This document shows positions 1-13,976 of a stretch of 64,000 bases of DNA, one piece after another (the first letter of the stretch is position 1; each line of letters starts with the position of its first letter). The DNA lies in the NCBI GenBank assembly GCA_010093605.1, contig MU004185.1:269334-333333 (forward strand), given 5' to 3'. The notes below the pieces were generated by a model that saw nothing but the letters and a program-made list of their open reading frames with translations, ran no database searches and had not been told where the DNA came from. The position numbers and the translations under genes were made by a program. The stretch comes from Lophium mytilinum (taxonomy: Eukaryota).

Positions 1-63
1 TCAACACAGTAGTCATCTTTGGGTGCTGCCTCGTTCCAGAATCTTCATCCTTCAGCCCCCTCC

Positions 64-819
64 TCATTGTACTCCTCTCATAGCCTCCACCACATCTCTC
101 CACCACTGCTTCGCCTCGTCATCATACTTATCCTCATCCTCGCTGCACACATGGAACCGCATCTTTACCCCCTTCGTCTTGAACTCCCTCATTCTGTACC
201 TCTCTACAAACTTGCCTGGCTCCAGGCGCCTGGGCCCCAGCGTACTATGCCTCGCACTAACATTGATCTTGACATCCCTCAACCGCTCGAACTGCCCTAA
301 CAACGTCGACTCTCCCGGAAATCCTGACGCCGGGCGTCTCCAAAGCCATGACCAATCGATACCCAGATGGTGAATGTGCGCACGGCCGAAAGAACCGATG
401 TTAGAGGATAGGTTATGGAGCGCGGCGTAGGTTTTGAGGGTAAGAAAGAGATAAGACCTATAGATGAGGGAGGCGACTTCGAGACGTGTCCGGTGATTGA
501 TGGCTAGCAGTGCGAAGTGAGGTTCCGGAGGGTGAGGGACGAACACAGTGTCGAAGGATACGGGGCAGGGGATATAACGCCCCCGTGAGGACCTTGAGAA
601 GATGTTAGTATCACCGAGCCAGATCCAGTATTGGTGGCCTGCTAGACAGTGCGCGTAGATTAAGTTGCGGAGTTCGCCTGGGAGGTCGAGGAAGCGGAAT
701 GGCTGAGAGTTTGGAGACGCTGCTGAAGCTGATTGGGTAGTTAGCTCCTGCGTTGTTCCTGCAGACGCCTTTTGAAGAGGTTCGTTGAAATCGAGTTCGC
801 TTCGCATGAGAGGATTCAT
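64..819 (-). CDS. Hypothetical protein with N-terminal F-box-like motif
   Basis: 251-aa ORF containing FRFLDLPGELRNLIY, the fungal F-box-like 'FLDLPxELRxxIY' signature. Confidence 0.6.
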   Translation of the reverse strand: MNPLMRSELDFNEPLQKASAGTTQELTTQSASAASPNSQPFRFLDLPGELRNLIYAHCLAGHQYWIWLGDTNIFSRSSRGRYIPCPVSFDTVFVPHPPEPHFALLAINHRTRLEVASLIYRSYLFLTLKTYAALHNLSSNIGSFGRAHIHHLGIDWSWLWRRPASGFPGESTLLGQFERLRDVKINVSARHSTLGPRRLEPGKFVERYRMREFKTKGVKMRFHVCSEDEDKYDDEAKQWWRDVVEAMRGVQ

Positions 820-1364
820 TTGCTCTCAATCTAACACCTTGACGGTGGTGATTGGAGGTTGGTGAGATGAATGGAGGCTCAAGTGAGGTCTAAAATATAT
901 GCAGCTAGTACTAGCGCGGATGACATAACCTGTCCCTGCATATCATCCTATGCACACGGGGGGGCATGAAAAAGCTGGCACTCTTATTTTGATGAAGAAG
1001 TGACGAACGTGCATGTACGCCACTGCTTGGGTTGGTTCAATGCGTTTCCAACAACGTAAATGAGATAGAAGGTCTTCACTTCCAGCTTCTTTAGGCACTT
1101 CAAGCCGCGGTGAATAGGTGTAACGCGAACTTTTACTTTGTTCATCTATGTGCTAAGCTACTAGACCTGACTCTCAGCAAATTGAATTATCATCGAGCAG
1201 GTCCATCGCATAGAACAAGGTGGGCGTCCTGTTCAAAACAACTGCCCCTTACTCCCCTCAATTCTGGCATATACCGTGATATCAAACTTTTCCCTCTGCA
1301 CTTTGACTCCTGCACCGAATAGACTTCTAGCGAGAAAAAGTCAACGCTTCTGCAGGACACTAAA

Positions 1365-2807
<1,443 letters not shown>

Positions 2808-3180
2808 TTTAGAGTCTGTTTGTGTATATGTTTAGAAGGGTATATTCTGTGAAGCTGGAGGTGGTCAAACTCTTGTAGGTATTTGTAGACGGGTGACAAT
2901 TGCGGAGTCCGTTGAAGCTCACTCATCTAAAAAGCGCCCGCGATCTGCACTCCGTTGCTCGGACAGACAGGTACGACCCCATGGCCAATCACAGGGAACC
3001 TCCCTGCTCGCCCAAAACGTGCCCAGACCCACGATTACTTTAGCCACTCACCGCCGGTCTTTCTTTCTTCCACTCCGCTCACGTGCCGGCAGATTTCTTG
3101 GCTAACATCGCGAATTTCTGGAGCTCGAGCTTCACCTGTCGCGACGCCCCTCCCGTCATACCTACCCCTCCGCCGTCACC

Positions 3181-6100
3181 ATGGATGATCTATATGACGA
3201 GTGAGTCGCGCGTTCTTCAGGCTAGTTTCGCATCGCTGATTCAAACAGGTTCGGAAACTTCATCGGCGAGGCCGAATCCGACGACGATGCATCATCCACC
3301 GGCCAGGCAGCCGACGCCTATGTCCTCGACGACGAGGCTGAAGATTCGGAAGTGGGTGCCAATGAGCAGCAGCTCATGGAAATTGACGATGACGGACCTT
3401 CCAACGCCGTGATCCTACACGAAGACAAGCAATACTACCCTAGCGCGTCCGATGTATATGGCCCCGATGTCGAGGTTCTGGTACAGGAGGAGGATACTCA
3501 GCTGCTCACCCAGCCCATCATCGACCCCGTAATCCAGAAGAAGTTTACCATACAAGAGGCGGACTTACCGCCTGTGCGCTTCGATCGCGATTTCCTTGCG
3601 GATCTGATGAACTTCCCGGAACAAATTCGAAACGTAGCGATAGCCGGACACCTACATCATGGAAAGACGGCATTCATGGATATGCTAGTGTTGGAGACAC
3701 ATGACGTCCAGGACCAGCTGGAGAAAAAGAAGGGCAAGAAGCGGGATGAGCAGCTACGGTACACGGACGTTCATGTTCTAGAGCGCGAGAGGGGACTCTC
3801 GATAAAAGCTGCTCCCATGAGCTTGGTCCTGCAGAGTACGAAGGGCAAATCGCATTTGTTCAATATCATTGATACCCCGGGGCATGTTAATTTCGTCGAT
3901 GAGGTGGCAGCGGCTGTACGGATCGCGGATGGTGTGGTTCTAGTGGTGGATGTGGTTGAAGGCGTCCAGATCAACACGGAGCAGGTCATTAAGCACGCCG
4001 TCCTTGAAGATCTACCGATGGTTTTGGTCGTCAACAAGATGGACAGACTCATTCTGGAGCTGAAACTTCCCCCGGCCGATGCTTACTTCAAGATCAAGCA
4101 CGTTATTGAGGAGGTCAACAAGGTCATTGAGGATACGCTACCAGGACAAGGCGAAAAGAGGCGGCTGAGTCCCGAAAAAGGCAATGTCGCATTTGCTTGC
4201 AGCAGCATGCGCTGGTGTTTCACCCTACAATCGTTCGCCAAGATGTACGCGGACAGCTACCCAGGTGTCGATGTGCAGGAATTTGCTCGTAGGCTATGGG
4301 GTGATATCTTCTTCAATCCACGAAGCCGGAAATTCACACGAAGACCTCAGGAGGATGGGGCCAAGCGAACATTCGTCAACTTTGTCCTGGAACCGATATA
4401 CAAGCTCTACTCGCACACTCTGAGTGAAAGCCCCAAAGATCTCAAAGCTACCCTTGCCAAACTCAATATCCATTTGAAGCCTTCACAGTACAAGACTGAC
4501 GCGAAAGAGCTTCTGAGACTGGTGTGCGAGCAATTCTTTGGTCCTGCAAATGGGTTTGTGGACATGATCGTCAAGCACATCCCTTCCCCCACCGAGGGCG
4601 CGAAGCGAATGCTAGAGCGATATTATACGGGCCCTCTCGACAGCAAGACTGCCACATCCATGGCATCTTGCAATCAGGACGGACCTCTCGTTATTCACGT
4701 TACAAAACTGTTCAACTCCAGTGACGCAAAGACTTTCAATGCGTTTGGACGGGTGTTGAGTGGCACAGCAAAACCTGTTCAGTCTGTGCGTGTTCTAGGA
4801 GAGGGCTACACGCTAGAAGACGAAGAGGACATGGTTGTGGCTACCGTTACAGACACCTGGATAGCAGAATCGCGATACAATGTCATCACCAGTGGCGTCC
4901 CAGCAGGAAACTGGGTACTTCTCGGCGGAGTCGACAACTCTATTGTGAAGAGCGCAACTTTGGTATCACAAAAGCTTTCCGATGACGAAGACGCATATAT
5001 CTTCCGGCCAGTCAAACACCTATTCGAATCTGTTTTCAAAGTCGCAGTAGAGCCCATCAACCCCTCCGAGCTCCCCAAGATGCTTGACGGTCTCCGCAAG
5101 ATCAACAAATCCTACCCTCTCGTCACCACCAAAGTCGAAGAATCTGGCGAGCACGTCGTACTTGGTACCGGCGAACTCTACATGGACTGCGTTCTGCATG
5201 ACCTCCGGCGTCTGTATGCCGACATGGAACTCAAAGTCTCCGATCCGGTCACTCGGTTCTGTGAAACTGTTGTGGAGACTTCTGCTATCAAATGCTACGC
5301 CCTCACACCCAACAAGAAGAACAAACTCACCATGGTCGCCGAACCCCTCGACCCAGGAATCGCAGAGGACATCGAATCTGGCGCGGTCAACATCAAAGAC
5401 CCGGTCCGTAAAGTCGGCAAGTTCTTTGAAGACAACTACGGCTACGATCTCCTCGCCTCCCGCAACATCTGGGCATTTGGCCCCGATGATATGGGCCCTA
5501 ACATTCTTCAAAACGACACACTTCCATCAGACGTCGACCAGAAGCTCCTCCGTGCCGTCCGCGACACTATTCGTCAAGGCTTCTCGTGGGCGACGCGTGA
5601 AGGCCCGCTCTGCGAAGAGCCGATCCGCAACGCCAAGTTCCGCGTCATGGATGTCAATCTAGCGCCTGAGGCTATCTTCCGTGGTGGTGGACAGATCATC
5701 CCAACAGCTAGACGCGCGTGCTATTCGAGTTTCTTGATGGCAAGCCCACGGCTGATGGAGCCAGTGTACAGTTGCAGTATGATAGGCCCGGCCGACGCGG
5801 TCGCCAGTTTATATACCGTCCTCGCGCGGCGGCGAGGCCATGTACTGCAGGATGGCCCCATTGCCGGAACCCCACTCTACAGTGTGAAAGGATTGCTCCC
5901 GGTCATCGACTCCTTCGGCTTCGAGACTGATCTACGCGTGAGTGTTGGCTAAGCCTCCTCTCTCATTAAATTTTATACAATACTGACTTTTCCCTCGCAG
6001 ATCCACACACAAGGTCAAGCAACCCTCTCCCTTGTCTTCGACCGCTGGAGTATCGTCCCCGGTGATCCACTCGATCGCGACATCAAACTCCGCCCCCTCG

Positions 6101-6243
6101 AGCCGGCTAGTGCGCAGGCGACCGCGAGGGACTTCGTCCTAAAGACTAGGCGCAGGAAGGGTTTGGCGGAAGACGTGACAATCAGCAAGTTCCTCGAGCC
6201 AGAACTGTTCAGGAGCTTGAAGGAGACGGGTATTTTGGATTGA
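3181..6243 (+). CDS. SNU114: U5 snRNP 116-kDa EF-2-like GTPase; introns ~3201-3248 and ~5938-6000
   Basis: Starts MDDLYDE/FGNFIG. Contains GHLHHGKT, DTPGHVNF and NKMDR GTPase motifs and the C-terminal FETDLR/IHTQGQA...KTRRRKGL. TGA at 6241-6243. Confidence 0.97.
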
Positions 6244-6434
6244 GCGAGGGGTGTATGATACTGGATGATGAAAATCTTGGTGTTTTGGGCGTGTATGATA
6301 TGGTTGGTTCTTGGGAGGAATTATGGCGGTTGAACCTGAATTGGAAGTATGTCCATGTCCCTCTGGGTGGGCACGTTGCGTGTCGAAATGCGACTGAAGA
6401 ACACCCTAGCTGACGTAAAATCATCAATCCACTT

Positions 6435-7060
6435 CGTAAGCGGTTCGATTCGTTACTTCTACTCCTGTTTGTGCATGAGATGGCCGTACGCCGCCGGGGT
6501 ACATAATGTGCTTAAGCCCTCTACTCGATGTCTGCTATGTCAGCCTTCACATGGTTCGATACACCTTCTCCCAAAAACGCAAGAGGTGGTCCGGGCAGGA
6601 AAGGCACACCGCCTAGAACACGCAGCGTGCTCACATCCAACCGGCGTCTAACAAAACATATCTTACGCAGTTCGATTCGATACTTTTACGCACTTTAGTG
6701 CAGGAATTGGCCCCCCTTTACGACAACACTGCATTCAAACACCCGGCGTTCTCAATACCACCCAGCGCTCAATGTTTCAAAAGTCGCGCGGTTAGATCCG
6801 ACACTTTTACTCACTTTCATGCAAGGAACAGCGCCCCCTCCAAGTCGCCACCGCGTTTAAATACCCAGCGTGGTCAAAGCCGCCCAGTGCCTACGATTCA
6901 AAGTCTCACGTGGTTAGATCCGATGCTTTTACTCACAATAACGCAGGGAAAGAGCCCCCTCCATGTTTCTACCGCGTCGGAACACCTGGCGTGGTCAAAA
7001 ACACCCAGTGCCTAACATTTCAAGTCTCACGCGGTTCGATCCGATGCTTTTACTCATATT
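6435..7060. repeat. Degenerate tandem repeat, ~120-bp period, 5-6 copies
   Basis: Core (c/t)ggtt(c/a)gat(c/t)cga-n-cttttactca recurs at ~6441, 6553, 6670, 6789, 6911 and 7032. Units starting at 6781 and 6901 align along their whole length. Confidence 0.8.
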
Positions 7061-7108
7061 TGTACCACAGAGGTATGACGGCCCTTGTAGGCTAGACGTG
7101 ATGGTTTA

Positions 7109-7192
7109 CAGGGTCGCCGTCACAAAAAGTGAGACTCTGGAGCACCGTGCGCCCCGCCAAGTAGAGTCTCACTTTTTGTGACGGTTGCCCTG
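7109..7192. mobile_element. 84-bp foldback / MITE-like element
   Basis: Perfect 22-bp inverted repeat (7117-7138 ccgtcacaaaaagtgagactct / 7163-7184) extending imperfectly to CAGGG...CCCTG ends. Flanked by the direct repeat gttta (7104-7108, 7193-7197). Confidence 0.55.
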
Positions 7193-7673
7193 GTTTAAGA
7201 CAACGAAGATCTCTAGAAAATAGCCACTAGTAAGCCTGTTTTTAAGTCTGATTTCTCATTCTTTCCCCCACTCGTCACGTGATTAAACACACAACCTTGC
7301 CAACTACATAAGTCGATAACCCTTCAAGCTGTGGCCCAACGTCGTGTGCACCTGGCCCTGTTCATATTCAGTATTTTCCATCTAGTATCGGAGCTGCTTC
7401 GCGAATCTTTGAATTGAGACGGTCGTTTGATTTCCTAAAGCGGCTAATCTTATGCTCAAACCTCCATTAAGTCCGCTTACATCCGTCTGACAATCCTTCA
7501 ACGCATGGGCGCCAATCAGCAACGAAGGATTAAGGCCAGCCATTACCCTTGTACGACTACATAGACAGCTTCTCGCACACTCGGCACTCTGTTAGCATCA
7601 ACGCCGGTCACTATTTTCCTTCTACTACTTCCCGTCAACTATCTCCATACAAAGCCCATCCCAAAAACCCACA

Positions 7674-8645
7674 ATGAAGCTTCTAGTCACCGGCGCGACT
7701 GGCCTCGTTGGTACTGAAGTTATCCGACAAGCGCTTGGCATCTCCTCCATCACGTCTGTTGTTGCGCTAGCTAGACGCGAGGTCAAGGTTCCGGAGCAGG
7801 TTGCATCGAATGCGGACACTACCAAATTGAAGACTGTGATTGTTGAGGATTGGGAGAAGTATACGCCCGAGGTGAAGGAGGCGATCAAGGGAGCAGATGC
7901 TTGTCTCTGGTGAGTTTTGGTCACGTGGAGTCTTCATCCTTTTCCAGTTTTTTTTTCAAAGTACGCTTTCAAGATATCGAATGAGATCGGGCGAACGAAG
8001 CTGTAGATTATGCTGGTTTCGAGCATTCCTCATGGACGAGACTAACATCTATCCATAGGCTCCTCGCCATCACCCCTGCAAAATCTAAAACCTATACCTT
8101 TGAAGAAGTCCGCAAAGTCTGTTCCGGCTACACCGTCGCTGGTATCCGTGAAATGAGTTCTGTAGCCAATAAGCCTTTCCGCTTCATCTACACCTCCGGA
8201 GCCATGACGGAGCGAGACCAGACGAAGAAATTGATGCTGCTAGGGGAATATCGGTTGATGAGGGTACGTGCTCACCGTCCGCTTCTTTCCACCGAATCCC
8301 TCTCCCCTTCTTTACCCTCCCCTTGAAACACCTTGTCTTACTCCCTTGTAGGGTGAGGTCGAGAACCAAATTCTCGCCTTCGCATCCCAATCTTCCGGCG
8401 CCGTCGAAGCTCAAGTCACCAAGCCCGGCGGCATCGACGGACCAGGCCGAGCCTTAATTGTGAGCGCTATTGCTGTTGCCAGCGCGGCGCTCGGTGTTAT
8501 GCCAAAGGTGCATGTGAGCGAGGTAGCGGCTGCGATGCTGCAACAGGCGGAGAAGGGGCTGGAGAAGGACACGCTGGAGAATGCGGACTTGGTGAGGTTA
8601 GGCCAGGGCGTCTTGGGAAGTGGGAACGAGGGATATGTGAAGTAG
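7674..8645 (+). CDS. NAD(P)-binding Rossmann-fold protein (atypical SDR / epimerase-like), 2 introns
   Basis: MKLLVTGATGLVG nucleotide-binding motif. Exons ~7674-7909, 8059-8263 (PFRFIYTSG) and 8352-8645. Confidence 0.8.
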
Positions 8646-9338
8646 GCCGATCTTTTGAAACAGCCCAGAGGGTGGAAGACATGTTCAGAAGCACATCGCT
8701 TTCTAATCAACTTTTGAATCCCTCGAGGCCCAAAGCTCCCCCTATCTTTTAGGGGTACTCCGGTGCTGCATATAGAGTCTCGAGATGGTCATTAACGAAT
8801 GTCGTTGTGGCACTTGGTGCAGGGCTAGCGCCTTAGGACCAGTAATATGTTAGCCAGCGTGTGACGGTTTGACATGTATGTACATTAAGAATCTTCCCAA
8901 GATTGATCTTACTTTTGGTTGAGAAGGTAAAACAGCTCTGAACACCCACATACCTGTGCTGCATTCTATCGGCACGATGATCTTGCTGCCCTTCAATAGA
9001 TGATTCATGCTTGCCGTCGGTATCGACAGCCCGATACATCATACTTGACTGTTGCCAACTCCAACACCATCTCGTTGACGTCGTACCCCCTCTTGCTAAT
9101 AGCCATTGAATCTTTCCGATGCTAGGAGGATGGGCTTCATAACTTCTTTCTGATCGGGCGTTGTTTTGTTCCAGTACTCCATTCCAAGAAGGATCAAATT
9201 CGGTGGCCGCCGGACCACGCTAGAACCGCCTAGGCAAGTCCTACCAATGTCTCTATCGCAACAACCCCTCGCGTTCATCATCACCACCTTTCCCTCGATC
9301 CTCAGCATCTGAGCAAAAAGCGCCTCGAACAATTCAAG

Positions 9339-11095
9339 ATGGCCATGGAGACATATAAGATGTGGGTAGGAGGAAATGAGCGCCTAGGAAAAGCGGGACT
9401 GTAAGATGATTCAACCCCTGCTGAAGCTCCCGCTGACATTGAGGTAGAATCGATGTAGAGGATCCAGCAACGGGAGAAATTTTTGCGAAGTAATTCTCTA
9501 TCACTACAAAACCGACTGGAGACTTTGCTAAGACCTCAGATGTTCGACTGCCTCCGCAGAGGATGTCGACCACGTCGTGAAACTCGCCAACGCTGCGTTC
9601 AAGTCAGGCAGCTGGTCAAGAGCACCTCGACATATCCGTGCCGATGTCTTAGAAAAGATTGCCGACCTCTTGATCAAGAATTTACCCCGGCTCATCGAAC
9701 TCGAGGTGCGCCAAACGGGAAGAGCAATCCGGGAAATGAATGCGCAGGTCCCGTCACTCGTCAAATGGTTCAAATACTACGCTGCAATTATTAGAACTGA
9801 AGAGCGCTCTGTTCTACCGACAATGGGATCGCTCCATAACTGGATCGATCGGAAACCGCTCGGTGTCGTGGCTCAGATCACTCCTTTTAACCATCCGCTT
9901 CTCATTGCGGTCAAAAAGATTGCGCCCGCTCTAGCGGCGGGTAACTCAATCGTGTTGAAGCCGTCGGAACTTACTCCTCTGACATCCATTGAGCTGGGCA
10001 AACTCATGAAAGAAGCCGGATTACCTGACGGCGTCTTTAACGTCCTCCCCGGCGACGGCCCAGTCACAGGAAAAGCTCTCGTCGCGCATCCGCTCATCAA
10101 GAAAGTTGATGTCACTGGAGGTACTCCTGCGGGCCGCGCGATTGGCGCCATTGCTGGTCAGAATCTAGCTAAATTTACAGCCGAGCTTGGAGGCAAGGCG
10201 CCGCTGGTCGTCTTTGACAGCGCCGATATCGATCTCGCGGTAAATGGAATTGTCTTCGGCTCCTTCATCGCATCCGGCCAAACCTGTGTTGCTGCTACCC
10301 GGATCATTGTCCACAACAGCATCTACAATACTGTCGTCGAAAAGTTAAAATTAAAGGCCGAGTCGATCACCCGTAGGATGGGCTCTCCGAAGAACGTGGA
10401 GTCGATGATGGGGCCGTTGATATCCGCGAAGCAGCTTGGAAATGTGATGACACTTGTTGACGATGCTATCAATTCGGATATTCGTGTTGCATCGGGCGGC
10501 CAGCGATTGACAACCAAGTCTGAGCTTGATGGAACCGACTTCTCGAAAGGATACTATTACCCGCCAACAGTTCTCTACGAGGCAGCTGAAAAAGTCACCC
10601 AGATGCGGATCTGGAAGGAAGAGGCGTTTGGTCCAGTCATCGTGGTCGTCGGCTTCGAGAGCGAGGAAGAAGCGCTTACACTGGCGAACGATTGCGAATT
10701 TGGACTCGGCGCAGCTGTCTGGACACAAGACTTATCTCAGGCATTTAGAGTATCGGAGGAGATTGAATCAGGTATCTGCTGGGGTAGGCTGCTCTCCGTT
10801 CATCTCCCAAACGTATGACTGCTTACTTTTCGTCAGTCAACACGCATCATCGCAACGACCCGAGCAGTCCATGGGGTGGAGTCAAAAACTCCGGCGTTGG
10901 TAGCGAGAACGGATTAGGTAATTTGAGCGGGCAGCTTCCTCGTAAGATGACTATATGCTGACCACATTTCCCAAAGATGCCTATCATGCGTACACGACGA
11001 CGAAAAGCACCATCATTAACTATGCAACAACGCAGCAAGGCCTCCAAAGCGACGACTGGTTTAAAGAAGGCGCAGGTGAAGTTAGATATGGCTAA
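9339..11095 (+). CDS. Aldehyde dehydrogenase (NAD-dependent), about 3 introns
   Basis: ITPFNHP, LKPSELTP, ELGGKAP, SGQTCVA (catalytic Cys), EEAFGPV and the spliced VNTHHRNDPSSPWGG. ATG at 9339, ends VRYG-TAA at 11095. Confidence 0.92.
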
Positions 11096-11166
11096 TGATA
11101 TAAAATGGGATAGAAATCAACGAAGTTCTGACGCTAAAATCACAAAGACAGCTCCAGCTCTGCGGC

Positions 11167-13122
11167 TCATGCATCTCCTCGGCGGTATGTAGACCATCTC
11201 TTTATCATACCTGGTGACCTTCGAGCCTTCCCGCTGGGCCCAAGATCCGCCATTTTTCTGAACTTCCCCGAAATACATTCCTTCACTCTCTCCACGCCCT
11301 TTTCATAATCCGCTGCATCCCACCACCCCTGTCTATCAATGAAATCAGCCCCCGAAGAGATCATGAGAGCAGTCTCCGTCGTTCCTTCAGAAGATTTGAA
11401 CGACTCCAAGTTGACCAGCTGTGCCAACTCGCTAGACATACGCGCGCGGTCAAGCAAAAATCGTGCCGTGTCTTTATGTTCGCAGTCCGGAGTTCTCTCG
11501 CCCCATTTGCAAGACCTGCAGCAGTTGTTCGTCTCTGAGAAGGGTCGAATATGCAGCCGCTCCATCGAACTGGAGTCGAACGCGAAGTAGTTACAGGAAT
11601 TCCCGGTATAGTAGAGGCTTGAATTCGCCTCCATGTGGCAAAGAGCGGATTGTCCGACAGAGAGGTACTTTGTCACAACTAAAAAGAATGGATGCACTGC
11701 TGCCTTCTCGACCTTCGAACGCCAGAGCCCGAGGCAGATGCCGTGATGGGTGTGGTTGGGCAGAGCATACGGGAGGCGGCCACGGATGATCCGATTGAAG
11801 TCTTGGCCCTCGAAGGCGTACCATTCAGCATCGAGTGGGATGATATCGTCTGGGCCTCTGTTTGCGCCATCAAGTACAATGTCTTCTATCGGAGTGTCGC
11901 GGATGTATGTCCAAGCCCAGAGAGGAATTCGCGTCTCGCCGGTTTTGCAGGCACAGATAAGCTCCGCAAGCGTGATCTTTTTCGGTGCGCTATTTCGGAT
12001 CAACACAAACGGTGGTTCTGGGTATTCTTTAAACTCGGCGAGTTTCGAAGGGGAACCATCTTTGGGTGCGGAAAGCCAGTATACGGATCGGATGAGCGCT
12101 GCTACTGCTTGCAAGGCCAGCCAAAGCAGCGCCGACTGGTTTGTTGCGTCTCTTAGAATTGAGTACTGGCAGATGTACGCCACGACCAAACAAAGAGCGG
12201 CCAGAAGCGCAATGATCCTTGTCGGCCACCCGTGAAGGAAGAGGGACTTGCCTTGGGCATGCAGCACATCGCCATGCCCAAGCCGGCACTGCAGCAACTC
12301 CATTGTCCGGACATCCGACTTCCACGCACTTAGGGCGTCCCACACAGGAATGGTGAGGCAAGTTCCCGGCCGCTGCGTTTTCCAGGTATACAACAGCGGC
12401 ATCGCGAAAAGTACGAGTAGCGACGCGTGCATCCCAACCATAGCGTGAATACGGACCCAGCTCCACGATGTCTGGACCACAATCAGCAACCACGAAGTTA
12501 TACCGGTGCATAGTATCCCGAAGAGCAAATGTAGGCAGATGCTCTGACCCCAACTCCCTTCTTTCGTCGGATTTCCCAAGTTCAGCGCGGTGAAGCCTGT
12601 CAGCCTCAGCCCGCCCCGCCCTGTTTGATCTGTTCCATACCTCGAAGCGACATCCAGTAGCGGATTCGACTCAGCATTGAAGAATCGCTTCCACTTCTTG
12701 ATTACCAAATCCCCGCCCTTTCGCCCTTTCGCTTTTGGCGCCTGCCCCTCGAACTCGACGCGCACAACATCACACTCCAGTATCAGCGCATTCGACTCTG
12801 CCTCTAGCGCCGTGTATCCAAAGATTCCGCGTAGAGATTCTAACCCAAACCCAGCGGCTTGGCAGCGATCGTTTCCGAGCGCAATCTTGAGCGCCGATTT
12901 CACCATGCCCAGCATTCCGAGTAACGAAAGTTGGGAGATGGAGAGGTTGCCTAGCCCGAGATGTGTCGCGATGGCGTTCCGCTCGACGGAGCCGGAGAAG
13001 AGAAGTGCAGAGAGGGCGGCGATGTCTTGAGTGCCCGATGCCATGGATTGCGCGAGGGTGTCCTGAGGGACGCAGTCGGGAGCCGCAGCAGCAGCTGCGG
13101 CCGCGGGGAGGATGGAAGACAT
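11167..13122 (-). CDS. Uncharacterised multi-pass membrane protein (651 aa, apparently intronless)
   Basis: Long ORF with several hydrophobic stretches (LHLLFGILCTGITSWLLIVV, IIALLAALCLVVAYIC, ALLWLALQAVAALIR). No family recognised. Confidence 0.65.
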   Translation of the reverse strand: MSSILPAAAAAAAAPDCVPQDTLAQSMASGTQDIAALSALLFSGSVERNAIATHLGLGNLSISQLSLLGMLGMVKSALKIALGNDRCQAAGFGLESLRGIFGYTALEAESNALILECDVVRVEFEGQAPKAKGRKGGDLVIKKWKRFFNAESNPLLDVASRYGTDQTGRGGLRLTGFTALNLGNPTKEGSWGQSICLHLLFGILCTGITSWLLIVVQTSWSWVRIHAMVGMHASLLVLFAMPLLYTWKTQRPGTCLTIPVWDALSAWKSDVRTMELLQCRLGHGDVLHAQGKSLFLHGWPTRIIALLAALCLVVAYICQYSILRDATNQSALLWLALQAVAALIRSVYWLSAPKDGSPSKLAEFKEYPEPPFVLIRNSAPKKITLAELICACKTGETRIPLWAWTYIRDTPIEDIVLDGANRGPDDIIPLDAEWYAFEGQDFNRIIRGRLPYALPNHTHHGICLGLWRSKVEKAAVHPFFLVVTKYLSVGQSALCHMEANSSLYYTGNSCNYFAFDSSSMERLHIRPFSETNNCCRSCKWGERTPDCEHKDTARFLLDRARMSSELAQLVNLESFKSSEGTTETALMISSGADFIDRQGWWDAADYEKGVERVKECISGKFRKMADLGPSGKARRSPGMIKRWSTYRRGDA

Positions 13123-13461
13123 TTTTGGTAGATGTTCGATTGGTTCGAAGGGGGTTACAAAGATGTGAGTGAGACGTAGGCGGTAAGATCTCGAGGTAGG
13201 CAGCTGTGTTATATCTCAAAAGGCCGACGCATGATTCTCTCTCGGCCCCAGGGTAGGTGACTCCGCCACATGTTCACGTAGCGGAGCCATATCGTCGGAT
13301 TCTTCTTTGGGGTCCTTCCACGAGCTTGAGGCTGGGAGCGCCTTTACTTACGCTATAGAGAGGTGGTGTCAGCGGAACGTTCCTGGGCTTTTGCTACGCT
13401 CGGTAAGTGGGGGTGTCCAAAGGAAGCGTTGCGATAGGCTGCGCCACACGAGGCTGTGCAC

Positions 13462-13976
13462 CGCCACACTCCCGACCCCTGACAAGCTGAGCGCCCCACT
13501 GGATTGGATTTCAAGTACAACTGTTCACCACTGCCTGAAGTGCCCTAACGAGTTTTCGCATGGTCCAAAAGGAAGACATATAAGTTTCTGAAAATGCATT
13601 GGAGGAACCCAAGCAGTGGCATCACGCGCCACACTCCCAAATACTGACGAGCTGAGCGCCCGTTGGGATCTTTTGGATTGGATGACTGTACAACTGCTCA
13701 CCACTGCTTGGAGTGCCCTCACAAGTTTTCACATGGTCTAAACCGAAGACATTTCAGTTTCTGAAAATGCATTGGAGCAACCCAAGCAGTGGCATCACGC
13801 GCCACACTCCCGACCCCTGACGAGCTGAGCGCCCCGTTGGGATCTTTTGGATTGGATTTCATGTACAACTGTTCACCACTGCTTGAAGTGCCCTAACGAG
13901 TTTTCACATGGTCCAAAGGGAAGTCACTTAAGTTTCTGAAAATGCATTGGAGGAACTCAAGCAGTGGCATCACGCG
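13462..13976. repeat. Tandem repeat, three ~165-177-bp units, each with an internal inverted repeat
   Basis: Units start cgccacactccc at 13462, 13627 and 13800 and end ...aagcagtggcatcacg. ctgaaaatgcattggag is present in all three. Confidence 0.95.

Noticed and set aside
6435..7060. CRISPR-like array (conserved core with regular spacing)
   Set aside because: The sequences between cores are homologous to each other, the cores are degenerate, there are no cas genes and the DNA is eukaryotic. It is a tandem repeat.
8833..9332. Short minus-strand ORFs upstream of the ALDH, with a possible splice donor
   Set aside because: Somewhat protein-like and possibly a gene remnant, but no family was recognised and no coherent gene model could be built.
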